DNA of 64,000 nt, from positions 24,494,848-24,558,847 of the forward strand of contig CM120643.1 of NCBI GenBank assembly GCA_051362555.1. The letters are read 5' to 3'. Source of the DNA: Lingula anatina. Its lineage: Eukaryota; Animalia; Brachiopoda. The translations under genes were made by a program, and so were the position numbers. Below are positions 1 to 13,400 of the stretch, piece after piece. Below the pieces are notes generated by a model. That model was not told where the DNA came from and made no database searches. It worked only from the letters and a program-made list of their open reading frames with translations. How positions within the stretch are numbered: the stretch's first letter is position 1; every line of letters begins with the position of its first letter.

Positions 1-278
1 ACAGAAATTCACAATGAATACAAATGGCAGTATAGACAATTCACAGAATAACTTGAGATAAAATCACCAGTATATCCACTATATCATCACGGCCATAGGA
101 GTCATACATTCAACAGTACTATGTATAAAACTTGAAGAAAAAAAATCGCAATCATATCACATTAACTACAACAAACAATGCTTAAAAAAGTTCTTTAAAA
201 ATTGCTTGAAAAAACCCAAAAATAAAAACATGTCTAGTGTGTATTAGTTTGTGTGCCAAAGGGAAGAAATTGCAACTG

Positions 279-279
279 C

Positions 280-335
<56 letters not shown>
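279..335. repeat. (GT)n microsatellite
   Basis: Direct reading; source of spurious THTH/VCVC ORFs. Confidence 0.95.
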
Positions 336-336
<1 letters not shown>

Positions 337-1191
337 CAGCACGCATTTTACAGAGGAAGGAGTACAGCATGTATGCTCATGAGACAAAAATTAGCTACTG
401 ATAACTTGTCTGAGTCATCTTCAAACATTTTGAATAAAGATGAAATTTCTAGAGTTCAGGCTTTCATATCAACATTTGTAGCACACTACTATAAAATTCA
501 AGCACATCTGACTTGATTCATAATAAATGACCTATATAAACTAAATTGTAATACATTTCCTCTCTAAGTTATCTATTATACAAAAGGTTATGGCTACACA
601 GTGGCAACATTTAAGAATTTCTATCTAAAATAAAGGGTTCAAAAATAATATTTTGGACTCCCAAAAAGTTGGAAATCTGCTGACAGTCTGAAAAATCTTG
701 GCCAAAATGAACAGTTATAATCCCTTCAAGTAAGAAAAAGAATCAGCTTTTGAAAGACTATGTTAATATGATATTTATAATTGAGGGCTAAGCCAACCAG
801 TTGCCCAGCAGTCATTATGACAGGATATTTGAGCAGTGGACAGCATAACTTATGGTTAGACGGCTTGTTAAAATTTGTATGACTGAACACTTGTTGAAAT
901 TCACCCTCAACCCACATCCCTCTTTAAAAATCATTGAAAAAAGTGAACCTAACAAAATCTACTTATCTGACATAAAATGCTCTTAAAGAGCTTTTGAAAA
1001 AAAATTATGAGCTGGCCAGAGAAAGAAGTTGTCACAGTCCATTTTCTGTGCATATTTCACCTAAGAGCCATCACCAAGGACTGTCGCCAACAGAAAGCTG
1101 CTTCCCACATGATACTGCACGACAGCAAGAAAGGTCTTCATTAAATTTGCAAAACTAAAGCAACAGATTCTGACGCCAATTCAATACGTAC

Positions 1192-4159
1192 CCGGTGCCA
1201 CCATAATCTCGTGTTTCTTAGATCTAATCCTTACAAAAGACAGATCATTTGCTGGATCTAGGTCTCTGACAGTATGCCTTGCCTTTCCACATAACGAGGT
1301 AACCAATGTGGCATACTGGACAGTGGTGGAGTTATCAAGTGTGCTCCTGATTGGGATACCTAGAGAATATGAAATAAATAAATAAAAAAGCAAAAAAGCA
1401 AAAATTCTTCAAAAATATTTCTTCAGCCAATGGCCATATAAGCTGACAGGACTGAGCATAGTTCATCTGTATTCTGAGTGGACCAGCTGAAGTCTCAGAG
1501 AAGGAGACGCAGCAGTCAACTAGACTAATATGAAAGTCCAGTAGTAGATTTGAATAGTTTATTCCATTATTGCTCATTACCATTTGTAGTCCAAATGAAT
1601 GTGACAGTTGTTCCTGTCATTATGAGAAATGTGATAGTTGTTCAACTTTATCTTCACTTATTATGCCAATTGTGATAGTTGTCCCTGTTCACTTATTATG
1701 CCAATTGTGATAACATGTAGCGGTCCCTTACTACTCTGTTTATTAATGAGAGAAATTACACCAGAGCTCTATAATATATAGTTATATAATAAAACGTAGA
1801 AAAATGTGAGGTCCACGTGCTAAGAAGGGCACTTGAAGTGTAATATAATGATAAAGAAATTTAAGGTTTTCTTTCAATTCTACTGGTAATCAGCCTCATT
1901 CACTCTTACATGTATTTCAGTGCTTTAACTCAATGTTTTGATTTTTGAACTGTTATGTCCTGACTCTTTTTTTTTGTTTTGAGAATTGAGATACTAGTAA
2001 CCGTATTGTTTTAAAAGAGGGGGATGATAAAAAATATTGTGTTGCCTTAACACTCAGTGTGTCTTCACGACACAGAGGTATGCACCTGATGAAATCATAA
2101 CTTTCTCAATGAGATGAGCGTTTATTAAGATGAACTGGGTATTTTAGTGAATAGTTGAGAAAGTTTTTGGGGGAAGCAGTAGTAGAAGAGAGATTCAACT
2201 GTTCTGAAAGAAAGTAATTGTTAACTTTGGATGTTTTCCACAGCAGAGAAAAAAGAAATGAGAAGAATGCAATAGTTGTAATTGAGAAGTGACAGCAATA
2301 GCCAGCCAACAAAAGTTATAATGCAGATGAGGAAGTGGGACTCCTGTGTTGCCCCTTGGTGTTACACTGATGGGAAAATAGCAGCTGGTGAATATTAACT
2401 TAAATCACCTGGACGTCCCATCTTAAAAAACTGGTAGTAATAACAGATAATATCAGTTTTAAAGACTTGAGAATTTATTGCAATCATTTTTCTAAGTATT
2501 ACCTTCACTGCTGACCACAATAACTCCAATAACTCCCTTGTGTGCCTGGAGCCTCTTTATAGTTTCTTCAATTTCTGCCTGAAATAAGAAAGGGAAAATA
2601 AAGCATGAGTCATCTTACCAATTTAGTAACTTTAAGTTTGATAATCCAAATACTTGGCATTCAACTGGTAGCCAGCAAAATCACTAACTGGACAATGAAA
2701 TTACATGATCAGGATCAGCGCACAACAACAAAATCAGTAACAGTAGTTTATTTTCCATTCTGTGCCAAAAGTTCAATCAGTAAGTTGAAATCAGAGGAAC
2801 CTATGTCAGCAAAGAGCATAAATTAAAATAGACGTGGCGCTTTCGTTATTAACAACCTAAAATGGTCTGACCATGTTGAATTAATTTAGATGAAAAGCAT
2901 GCCAAGGGTTGTATTATTTATGCCAACTTAAACATGCCAAACTGCCATCATCAGATCTTGTACAGGTGTAGTAAAATTCAGATTTGCCTTATTGTTAAAT
3001 ATGCTTGTCATGGGTGACATCTTGGACTCACCAGAGAGTAGTCTAATATATTAGAATGCACAAAGTCAAGGAAACTTGGAATTATTTTTCCTGATTTAAA
3101 AGATGATGATGCCTGGTATATGCAAGGTATCTGCTCAAATACAAACATGATATTTTAAGGGGTGTATCTACAAGTTAAATTTAAAAACACTTGATTTTCT
3201 TCACTACTCCACTAAGGTGCATTTCAGAAATGCACTCTACTGATAACTGCCAAATAAAATGAAACTTTGTTCAAATTTATTTTCAGAAGGGACAGCAAAT
3301 AATCATTTGAAGTTCAATACAAATTTGAGAGATATAATGACTGAAGTAAAGTGGGTTTATTTTTTAAGACTATTTTTTCAGTCTGGAACCAGCTATTTGT
3401 AAAACTGCTACTTTGAAGTTCAATACAAATTTGAGAGATATAATGACTGAAGTAAAGTGGGTTTATTTTTTAAGACTATTTTTTCAGTCTGGAACCAGCT
3501 ATTTGTAAAACTGCTACTTTAAAAATGAAAAACATTACTAATGATTTAGGAACTTTTGCAGTATGTATCCTCCTAATATATCTGTTTGATTTTCAATATC
3601 CATTCCATATTATTAATTTATGTGGTGACTTTGAGCAGTGTCTACACATCCAAATAATAAGTTTGACAATTCATTTACTAATTTAAATAATTCAATATGA
3701 AGTGTCACACCATCCAAACATTATGAGAGCTGAGGCCATTGCTGGGGTGAAAATTGCTGTGATCACATTGTTATTGGTCAAAGAGCTGAAAGGCTTAAAA
3801 GATAAAGCAACATTGCTTAGAAAATCTCCAAATTAATTCATTTAAATAGCAGATGCAATGATCAAAGTCACTACATAACTTACGTTAAAATTAGAGTGTT
3901 AAAGGGTGGAGAAAACACTGCAAAAGTATCATTCAAACAAGTCTTGTCGCAGTTTGTTTGAAACCATCGTCATTTGTTGTGAATTCGTGCATTCTGGAGC
4001 TCATCGCATAATTAGTCAGAACGACACATAAAGAAAATTTCAGAGGAAGCTAACATAATCTTATTCCCGATGGGTGCACTATATACCAAGGATATTCATC
4101 TACACCACATAAAATTGAATTTTAACCTTCAAAACTCCGAATTTGCAAGCACTTACCAT
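1192..4159 (-). CDS. DYNLRB2: Dynein light chain roadblock-type (DYNLRB1/2 orthologue), 3'-partial; final exon not found in window
   Basis: Exons 4157-4159 (ATG|gtaagt), 2503-2578 ([25 protein letters not shown]), 1192-1359 ([56 protein letters not shown]). GT-AG sites are phase-compatible; the protein is recognisably roadblock/LC7. DYNLRB1 vs DYNLRB2 cannot be separated for an invertebrate gene. Confidence 0.93.
1596..1712. repeat. Degenerate ~35-bp minisatellite
   Basis: 3-4 copies of aattgtgatagttgtycctgttcacttattatgcc-like unit. Confidence 0.6.
2830..3130 (+). mobile_element. Highly decayed non-LTR retrotransposon (CR1/L2-group) C-terminal fragment
   Basis: Frameshifted translation gives NNLKWSDHV...[24 protein letters not shown]...PIVKYAC..GLTRE.SNILE, typical of the post-RT region of CR1/L2-group LINEs. 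Confidence 0.55.
3306..3520. repeat. Near-perfect tandem duplication, ~106-bp unit x2
   Basis: tttgaagttcaatacaaatttgagag...aaaactgctac starts at 3306 and again at 3412; copies differ only in a T-run. Confidence 0.9.
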
Positions 4160-4492
4160 TTTGTCAGCGCTGGTAAGATGGCTGTGGTTGCTACGTTCAA
4201 CTGCGCCTGCGCAAATTGAAAAAAGAATGCGTCATTCAAGATAGACCAAAACAACCCCTATTTGATTATAATTTAGATTATTAGGAAAATATATATGTAG
4301 CAATAAAATATCCATTTTACTTTTTTCTAATGTTTATAAATTTACACCTTTTAATGCCCCTATGCTAATGCTTTTTAATATATATGATATATTCGGCATT
4401 TTAACAAAACCCTACTTCTGACTTTCTTCGATACGAATTTATGCAGTATCTACCGCTAGCATGTTATCCATTTTAAGCAGGAAAATGCCACT
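4160..4492. promoter_or_regulatory. Bidirectional promoter region shared by DYNLRB and ITFG1
   Basis: Divergent ATGs are 333 bp apart. NRF1-type TGCGCCTGCGCA at 4202-4213, YY1-type AAGATGGC at 4175-4182, imperfect RFX X-box-like GTTGCTACGTTCAAC at 4187-4201; CpG is locally elevated. Confidence 0.7.
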
Positions 4493-7400
4493 ATGAGTGT
4501 AAAGAATATTTTCGCTGCTTTTTATTTACTGAATAGCCTTTTGTGTGGATGTAGCTGTAACGCCCAATTTACTGACATCACAGACGAAGTATTTGGCAAA
4601 AGCAAGGATGGGATTCTTGCGGCATTCGGAGATTTTAATGCAGATAAACAGACAGATATATTTCTGATCTCGCCCACAGGTTTGTTTTGTTCCATCCTTG
4701 CCTGTTTTGGCTTTACATGCTAATTAATTGCAGTAAGTAACTGGCGTGTAAATTGTAACTCTAGAAACTGTAGAAAGTACCCACTATTTAAGGCCAAAAA
4801 CTGAGGCGAGTTTCGTCCTATGTTTTTCACTATTTACCGTATACCGGTACATAATGACGTATACAACTGTAATCATGATAATAATAATACCTACAAGACA
4901 CCAAGGAAGTAAAAAAAAATGTGATATGCAACTAGAATGGAACTGTGTATTCTTCGAAGGTGCAGCTTTCATTAACAAATTAAATGGAATAAACTACAAA
5001 CTTAAGAATGAAATAAAATGAATAATAGGACAGCTATCCTCTTGCTGTCCTAGATGCAAATACCTGAAAATCTTCAAAATGTACTGGCATTAATTTATCA
5101 AATCATGCACATGTTACAAAGCTTGTTCTACTTTTGTGAATGATAGTATGTCTTTTTTCTGGATTTTTGGATGAATTGTTATCATTTGGTTACTCAGATA
5201 TATTCCTAAAAGCTGTTGCAAGTATATATCTATATATATATATATATATATCATATATATATATACTCATATTTTATGATGTTGAACCTTTCAACTCTAG
5301 GAAAGAATGTAGACATCCTGTTGGCGGTGGCAAATAAACAGTATGTCCGGGTAGCTGGTGTTGTCACCATTGCTGACACAGCAGGCAATATTAGCAGTGT
5401 GGTACCAGGAGACTATGATGGTGACTTATATATGGACATCTTAGTGACCATAATGGACAACACTGGCCTTTACACTGTTGAAGTCCACTATGGCTATTAC
5501 ATGGATTTAGACAGGAATTCTCTACAGATTGGTATGTATGTATGTATTATTATTATAGGTCAGGGTTTTTCCCAGGATTACAATGTGTAATTTCCTACAA
5601 AATTTCAGGGAGTCAAAGCCTTCATTTTTAAAAAAAATTAATAAGCTGTGTAGACATCTTTGAAAATATAGGCCACCCAGTGATACCGACAGCCATCCAA
5701 ATGACGGCTGAAAAGTTGGCTTGGAAAAGTTTTGTGTAGGTGCATATACCCATATTGAACAGTAATGATATGCTAAACCTGTGTATGGTACACATGTATG
5801 ATGTAGATTTTACCCAGGAATTTAGAAAGCAGTTCTGTAATCTTTGTCTTAGTCTTGACTAGGTATATGGTATGGATGTTATGTGATGGATATTCAGTGC
5901 GTTTATGGATACTGTAATTTTTTTTTTTTTTTAGGAATTGATGGGTGTAGCATGTCATACTACAAAATTTGCATTATGTATTGAGTCCGGAGAGTTGGGG
6001 GGGGGGGGGGGGGCTCTCTGGAATGACACCATTGTAACAGATGTTGAAAATATTGCAAAACACAAAGGTGCAACATGCAAGGCACAATGTTACAAAATTG
6101 GTGGCAACTTGTTGTTCTTGTTGGGTTTGAATTTTATTAGTAGTTAATTGCCAGCACACTAAAGACAGTAAAAGGTAAAAGTTCAATATTACTTTTTTTC
6201 AGTTGCTGTTTCAAATCTTACAGAAAAGTTGCAAGATGAGCCGCTTGTGTTAGAGTAAGTGCCCTCTTAAAATGTCTATTGAATCTCTCTCTCTCTCTTT
6301 TTTTTTACTGTACAGAATTGCTTGATGATTCTGAAATCTGGTAAATCATAAGGACATGTATGCAGCAAAAGTAATGAGACATATTAATAGAAAAATTGAT
6401 ATTGTTATCTCAACCTCAGATAATTTTCTTTAAAGTTTAGACAATAAATAATCTTTATCTGTTTGAAAATAAAGTTCATTAAGTTTGATATTGGGTTAAC
6501 TCGACATACTGTATACTGTGAGTAAAAGCACTGATTTCATTTCTAATCCTTTGCTTGCTGATGTGCCCAATTAATGATATTGACCAATTTAAACTTAAGT
6601 TCTTAAATAAGTAAACTTAATGCCATATTGAGGTCAACTATACCGATTTTATATGTGTAGGATCCTATCATATATTATGAATTATATATAGTTATAATGA
6701 TTATAGTCCTTCATATCTTCTTCCAGTATGAATGGAGACTTCATACCTGATTTGTTTGGGGTAAATCAGAGAGGCCAAAGACAGTACTGGGTGGCTGCCA
6801 GGTGTGTTCATTTAAAAATGCCAAGACATCATTATATGTGATGGTATTTGGGAAAAAGAGCTATTTGTCTTCTGACAGTACTAGCTGTCACCATTTTAAA
6901 AATGGTCCTGGAAACAAGGCCTAGATTTCATTTGTTTCCTTTTCTCAACAGGTCTTTATATGATTCAGTAAAAAGAAATAATAGCTATTATTATTATAAA
7001 TTCAAATGATTATCCATAAAGATAAAAATAGCAAAAAAAAAAAAATTATAATGTTAATAGAGTGCCTGTTATTTAAAGTATACTGAAGTCATGCAAGCCC
7101 ATGAAGAATGGAATTTATTTTCTTTTAGGAGCTACTTACATTATAAAATTATGAACTTTGTATTTCCAGTAACAAACGGAATTTCACTTCTGTAAATATA
7201 ACAACTCCAGCAGGGCTAAGTGCAATCAGAAACCCACATTCCAATGCTTTTATAGACCTGAATTATGATCTCAGTGCAGGTAATATTACTCATATACTGG
7301 GTGACTGAAAAAATATTGCTAATTTTAAAACGCAATTACTTCAACAGTATTGAAGATATTGTGATGGAATTTGGAATATCTTAGGAAAATGATGTCTTTG

Positions 7401-10400
7401 ATGAGTGTTGAAAATGTCATGATTGTACCTTTTTATGTACAGACACAGATGTGTCTGTACATATAGCCATCATCTGCGTCTGTCGTCGCCGTCGTCGCCA
7501 TCGGCGCCATCGTCGCCGTCGTGCACTTTTACCGATAACACGATAAGTGGAACACCGTTTTTGCTTTTGGCTTGAAACTTACAGAACTGGTGTATATTCC
7601 TAATACACAGGTCAAGTTCGAAAATCAGCATGATCGGGCCATTTTTAGGGAAGTTATGCTGTTTTTTCACTTTTTTCAACATATATGCAGCACCGATAAC
7701 ACGATAAGTGGAAAACCATTTTACTTTTTGGCTTGAAACTTACAAAACTGATGAATATTCATAATCCGCAGGTCAAGTTCGAAAATCAGCATGATCGGGT
7801 CATTTTTAGGGAAGTTACGCTGTTTTTTCACTTTTCTCAGCATATATGCAACACCGATAACACGATAAGTGAAATAACATTTTACCTTTTGGCTTGACAC
7901 TAACTGAACTGATGGATATTCATAATATGCAGGTCAAGTTCGAAAATCAGCATGATCGGGCCTTTATTTTAGAAGTTATGCTGTTTTTTCACATTTCCTC
8001 AGATTCAATTATTAGGCATGTTAACAGTCTCATTATTTAACTAATAAGATACGTAAAAGTGTTTGTTTGATATTTCCTGCATCTTTACAACATTGTTAAT
8101 TGATTGTGTAAAAATGATGGTAAACTTGTTATTGTGTATTGTGAAATAAAGTGTCAAAAACGGTAATAAACTCATCATTGCAGTTTGTCAGATTCAATCA
8201 TCCACTATGTTCAGAATCTCAGAATGGAGGAAATTGGACATTAAACACTGTTCTATTGATATTTTTCCCATCTCATCAATTTTCTTAGTTGGTCATATAA
8301 AAATGGCAACAAACTGTTTATTTTGTTTTATGTTAAAAAAATGTTAAAAATGGAAATAAACCCATTTCAGAACAGTGCTGTCTTGTTTACATTTTGGCAT
8401 TTTTAAGATGTGACTTTGAAGTTTCATGAGTCTGCAGACCTTTGCTAATCACATTTTCTGAATATCCATGATACTAATATTTTATGATTAAAAATTGATG
8501 GTCATTATGCTGTTAAACATTATGTAATATTGCATCAAAATTTGAAGAAACCCCTATTTTGGGCACTGCTCCCATGATGACCATTTAAGAAAAACCATGT
8601 CACTTACTGTTTTCAAACTTACAGGAAAGAAACATGGGTCTAAAATACAGCTTCAGTAGGCAATGCAGTCTGTTTGGTAATTTTTTCTGGCAGTTAAACA
8701 GTTTTTTGTGAAAATTTAATTTTTCACATATTGGCATTTTCAAGGTGTGACTTTGAAGTTCCATGAGCCTGCAGACCTTTGCTAGTCACGTTTTCTGAAT
8801 GTTCATGTGACTAATATTCCATTATTAAAAATTAATGGTCATTATGCTGTTAAACATTATATAATATTGCATCAAAATTTGAAGAAACCCCTATTTTGGG
8901 CACTGCTCTCATAATGACCATTTAACAAAAATCATGTCAATTACCGTTCTCAAACTTACAGGAAAGAAACATGGGTCTAAAATACAGCTTCAGTTGGCAA
9001 TGCAGTCTGTTTGGTAATTTTTTCTGGCAGTTAAACAGTTTTTTGTGAAAATTTAATTTTTCACTTATTGGCATTTTCAAGGTGTGACTTTGATGTTCCA
9101 TGATCCTGAAGACCTTTGCTTGTCACGTTTTCTGAATGTCCATGTTACTAATATTCTATTATTAAAAATTGATGGTCATTATGCTGTTAAGCATTATGTA
9201 ATATTGCATCAAAATAGAAGAAAACACAATTTTTGGTGCTGCTGCTATGATGAGCATTATGGGAAAACCGTGTTATGACTGTCAAACCTTTAAAAAAGAA
9301 ACACAGGACCAAAATGCAGAATGAGTTGGAAAAGCAGTCTAATTGGCTTCTTTTTCTGGAAGTTATACATTTGAGTGAAATATTCATTATCTTTTTGGCA
9401 TATTCATTGTGGGACTCGGAGCTCCCATGGACATGAAGCCGAATGGTAATCAAATTTTCTACATGTCCATTCTATTTATTGTCAATGATCAAAGATTGGT
9501 GATAATTATTCTATAATTTATTATGTAATGTTACATCAAAATTGACAACAATATTTTTGCATTGCTACTGCAAACATTATGAAAAGAAAACTGTGTTACT
9601 TATTATTATTTTTAACTTACAAGTATGATTTTTAGGATTGGCATGCAGTTCAAATTAGAAAGCCAGGTCAATTGGGTTATCATTTATTATTGAATTTATG
9701 CAATTTTGTGTGAAATTTTCATTTTTCTCATTCTTGCACTTTCTAAGTATAAACTTGAACTCTGATGGGCCTGAAGCCTTATGCTTTTACTTTCGTCGTT
9801 GTTACCTGTTGTGCATAATTAAAATTTGATGTTGACTGTGCAGTAAAACATAATGTATTATTGCATCAGAATTGGTAGTCTCCTATTTTGTGCATTATTG
9901 TTTTGTGCTTTTCTTAAGATGTGACTTATGGGCCTGAAAGACCTTTGAGAGGGTCAGTCTGTTAATATCCCTTGGGTATCACTTAGCTAATTTCTGAGTT
10001 ATAAAGTCATTTGCCTAATTGATAGGCCATTAAAGGAGATTACATAAAGCACACTTGTTGATATTTCCTTGTAAACTCCCAAAAGTTAAGCTCTCTGCTA
10101 GATTAATATTAAGGAAGCAGTGATAATTATGCAGGTTATTATATATATAATCAAAGATTAAAAGTTTGAATAGCAGCTTCATTGAAATTATATTATTACC
10201 TCAGGCTCTGCCTAGGAGGTTATATTTTCACCCCTGTTTGTCTGTCATCAACATAACTCAAAAAGTTATGGCCCGATTTTGCTGAAATTTTCAGGAACTG
10301 TCAGAATTGGGCCAAAGAGGACAATGATTAGTTTTTAGTGGTGGTCTGGCTCAATAATCAATCAATAATCAACAATAATCAACAATTGCTGCCTTGGCAG

Positions 10401-13400
10401 AGGTCTGCACTCTCGGTGGTTTTCTAGTTTTGTTATGTTTTCCTTTACAATTTTTTCTCAAACACTTGCATTTGTGACTTTTAACTCTCGTCCACTCGAG
10501 GCTCTGCACATTTTCTGTATTTCCACATAAGCAATTGTATTGTTTTTTATGTCTTTAAACATTATATAAAATTATTTTATGCGCTGTCATCATTTTTCAA
10601 ATATTGAGACTTTCATCATGTGACTATAGTCTTTCATGGTCCTGAAACTGTAATCTTATTGAAGGGGTGGATTGAGACCATCTTCTGGGTCTTCTTGAAG
10701 ACAGGTTATTAAGTTTATATTGACTGGTATCTAGTTTTTTCTGTTGGAAGACCATCAAAATGGAGGATGGATCAACATAGATACTTTGGAATACTGTCAG
10801 AAAATATCTCAGGGTCCGCTCCTGTTATTGACCATGTTACCTGTTGTGCATGATTAAAATTCAGTGTTGACTGACAGTGCTATTATGAGCATTATTTATT
10901 ATTGCATCAAAATTGACAAAATGACCTTTTTTTGCATCTTTATTTTCTGTTTTTTGTCTGTACATTTGACAGCTTTGCTGCCTTGTTTAAATTTTGGCAC
11001 ACCAAAAATAAAATCTTAAGTAAAAAAAAAAGGTCTACCAGACCATGTGACTTCTGACACGTGCCTGTATCTGGCAGTCTAGAGACCTGTCGTGGTTTTG
11101 CTACGATGTCAGTATCAAAACTGTTTCACTTTAACACTGGAAATTTGACCAACAATAATATATCAGAAATATGTACAATATTTCAGTTCAAAAGGTTGTG
11201 AACTGTTGAAGTTGAAGTTATTGAACTTTATTGAACTTTGGTATATCACTCTGGATGAGAGAATGAACCCTACTTAGTTACTAGCTCAAAAATTTAAACA
11301 TTGAGGATGAAATTCCTTATGTTGATTGAGGATAAAAAGTTGATTGAGGATGATATTTCATATGAAATGTGATCATCTTTTGTTTTTGATATTATTTTAT
11401 GTTGCCACAGTGAATATAAGAAAATGTACTTTAATATCAAAAACGTAGCATTATACTGTACTGTTATTGAATACTGGTTTAGAATGACCTGAAATGAACA
11501 GACAGTGCATGATGCTTTTAATTTGATCCAATCACTATTACCCCAGTATATCACTGGTTTGTTTATATTTTCAGATCTATTTGTAACTACATCCAATGGA
11601 AGTTTTGAATACTGGCTGAATAAAGATGGAGAGTTAACTTACACCAGGACAGTGAGAGCAGGTGCTTTCTCTGGCAGCCAGATGCTTATTGGACAGAGTG
11701 TTTTTGGAGATTTTGGTAAGGAAAGATCTGTATATGTCAGACATTGTTCTGTTCAAGACAGTGTTTTAGAATTTGCCAAATTGTGCAACTCAGCAGAGAG
11801 GGGCAATTACTTTTAATTACCTTTAATGTTGAACATAATCTTGTATTTAATTTAGTAAGAAAATTTTATTATGTTTGAGACAAATATTGGAATTTATGAT
11901 TATAATGATTTAATGACTGAATTGGTTTGTAGACCTAAAACTTGCTAGAACCTTTTACGAGAATGATCTATTTCCATTTGTTTCTAATTAAATATAGATC
12001 TACAAGAATATTTTGAAAGGAAATATTTAATTCTAAATCACACTGCATTCAGCCTATTTGATAGTGGTTGACAAATTAAGCGTTCCTGTTATATTCCAAA
12101 TTGGATCAAAATTCCCTTCCTCTTTATATTACAGATGTGTCTATGCTAAGATAGTGTTAATAAATAAGCATTTGGTGTAATGATTATTTTAATTTCTTTC
12201 AGGTGGCAGAGGAGAGATGGAACATCTGGTGCCTGTATGTTCAGACTCAAATTGTGGAAATAGCCAGATTTTTGTATTTACTGATGAAAAGGTAGAATGA
12301 CAAATTTTTTTCAGAATTTTAATTCTTGATTTTTAAAAGCCTTTTTTAAAAGCAAAAAACACTGAGTATGTATGAAAGTAAGCTTAAGGTTTACAGTTTG
12401 CAATAATTATGCTCCTTTTTTCCTGAAAAGAAAAAGTGAACCACATTTCAACTTCAGTCATCATTTTTTTATCCTTCAGTGGATCAAGTTGCCTGTAAGT
12501 TTCAAAGATAATAATGGAGTGATCTGGGGTTTTAAGCCACCAACCAAGAATTCTTACAATAACATCAAGTTACCTGTGTCACTGAGAGTAGGTGACTATG
12601 ACCATGATGGTTTTCCAGATCTTCTGGCAATTCTTTACTCATCTGGGAGGGAATCTGAGTGAGTTTTTTTTTTAACTCAGAGTCTGATGATTTAGGTTAA
12701 AACTAGAATCAAGCAGGTGCCTTGTGAGCTCTTTTATAAAGCCATTCCCTGCAACTGTGGGTACTTGATTGTCATTGCTATGTACTTTTAACACTGTCTC
12801 ATATCTGCATTTGATTTAAAGCTCTTAAGTACAGATCATATCTGAATAGGGGCTTTATTGGATATTTATCTTGATTTCTATTGCTTGAGCAGGCTTCGGT
12901 TGTCATTTAGGGATTTGGTGCTAAAAACTGTGCAATAAAATTAATGAAAATTTTATAATTTTTAATTTTAGTTTTTAAATTGAGTATAGCATAACCATTT
13001 TAAATGGCTGGATTCAGTGAATAATTTGCTTTTATTTTACTTCTTAATTTATATAAATGTACTAGAAGTTTGTTAAATGTAGCAGTTCCTAATATTAATC
13101 AAAAGGTATATTATTTTATGTTTTTATTGTGGCTTGTTTGTCAGACAGTTGAATGCCTTTCCAGGGTATTGCAATCGAGAGTGTTTCTTCTCAATAACAT
13201 ACCGTGTACATCAGAAGAGTGCCAGGCACTGGGGAGAACATTTCAAGTACAGTGGACACTTGGGCTAGGAGATGTCAACAGCCCTTTAGTAGCTGCATTC
13301 TTTGATATATATCAGGAGGTTTGTGAAATACACATGCATGCAGAGAGAGAGAGAGTATAAAATTGTTTTATAATGGTGGACTGTGAAAGTGGAAAGTAAA

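Noticed and set aside
182-516. THTH/VCVC ORFs, also YIYI ORFs at 5140-5337 and 47064-47315 and poly-G/poly-P ORFs at 59990-60250
   Set aside because: Translations of microsatellites and homopolymers.
7470-7682. Duplicated ORFs 7470-7682/44296-44520 and 9084-9453/46054-46379 as a gene family
   Set aside because: They lie in the two copies of a non-coding HINE element; similarity reflects the repeat and frames are not consistently kept.
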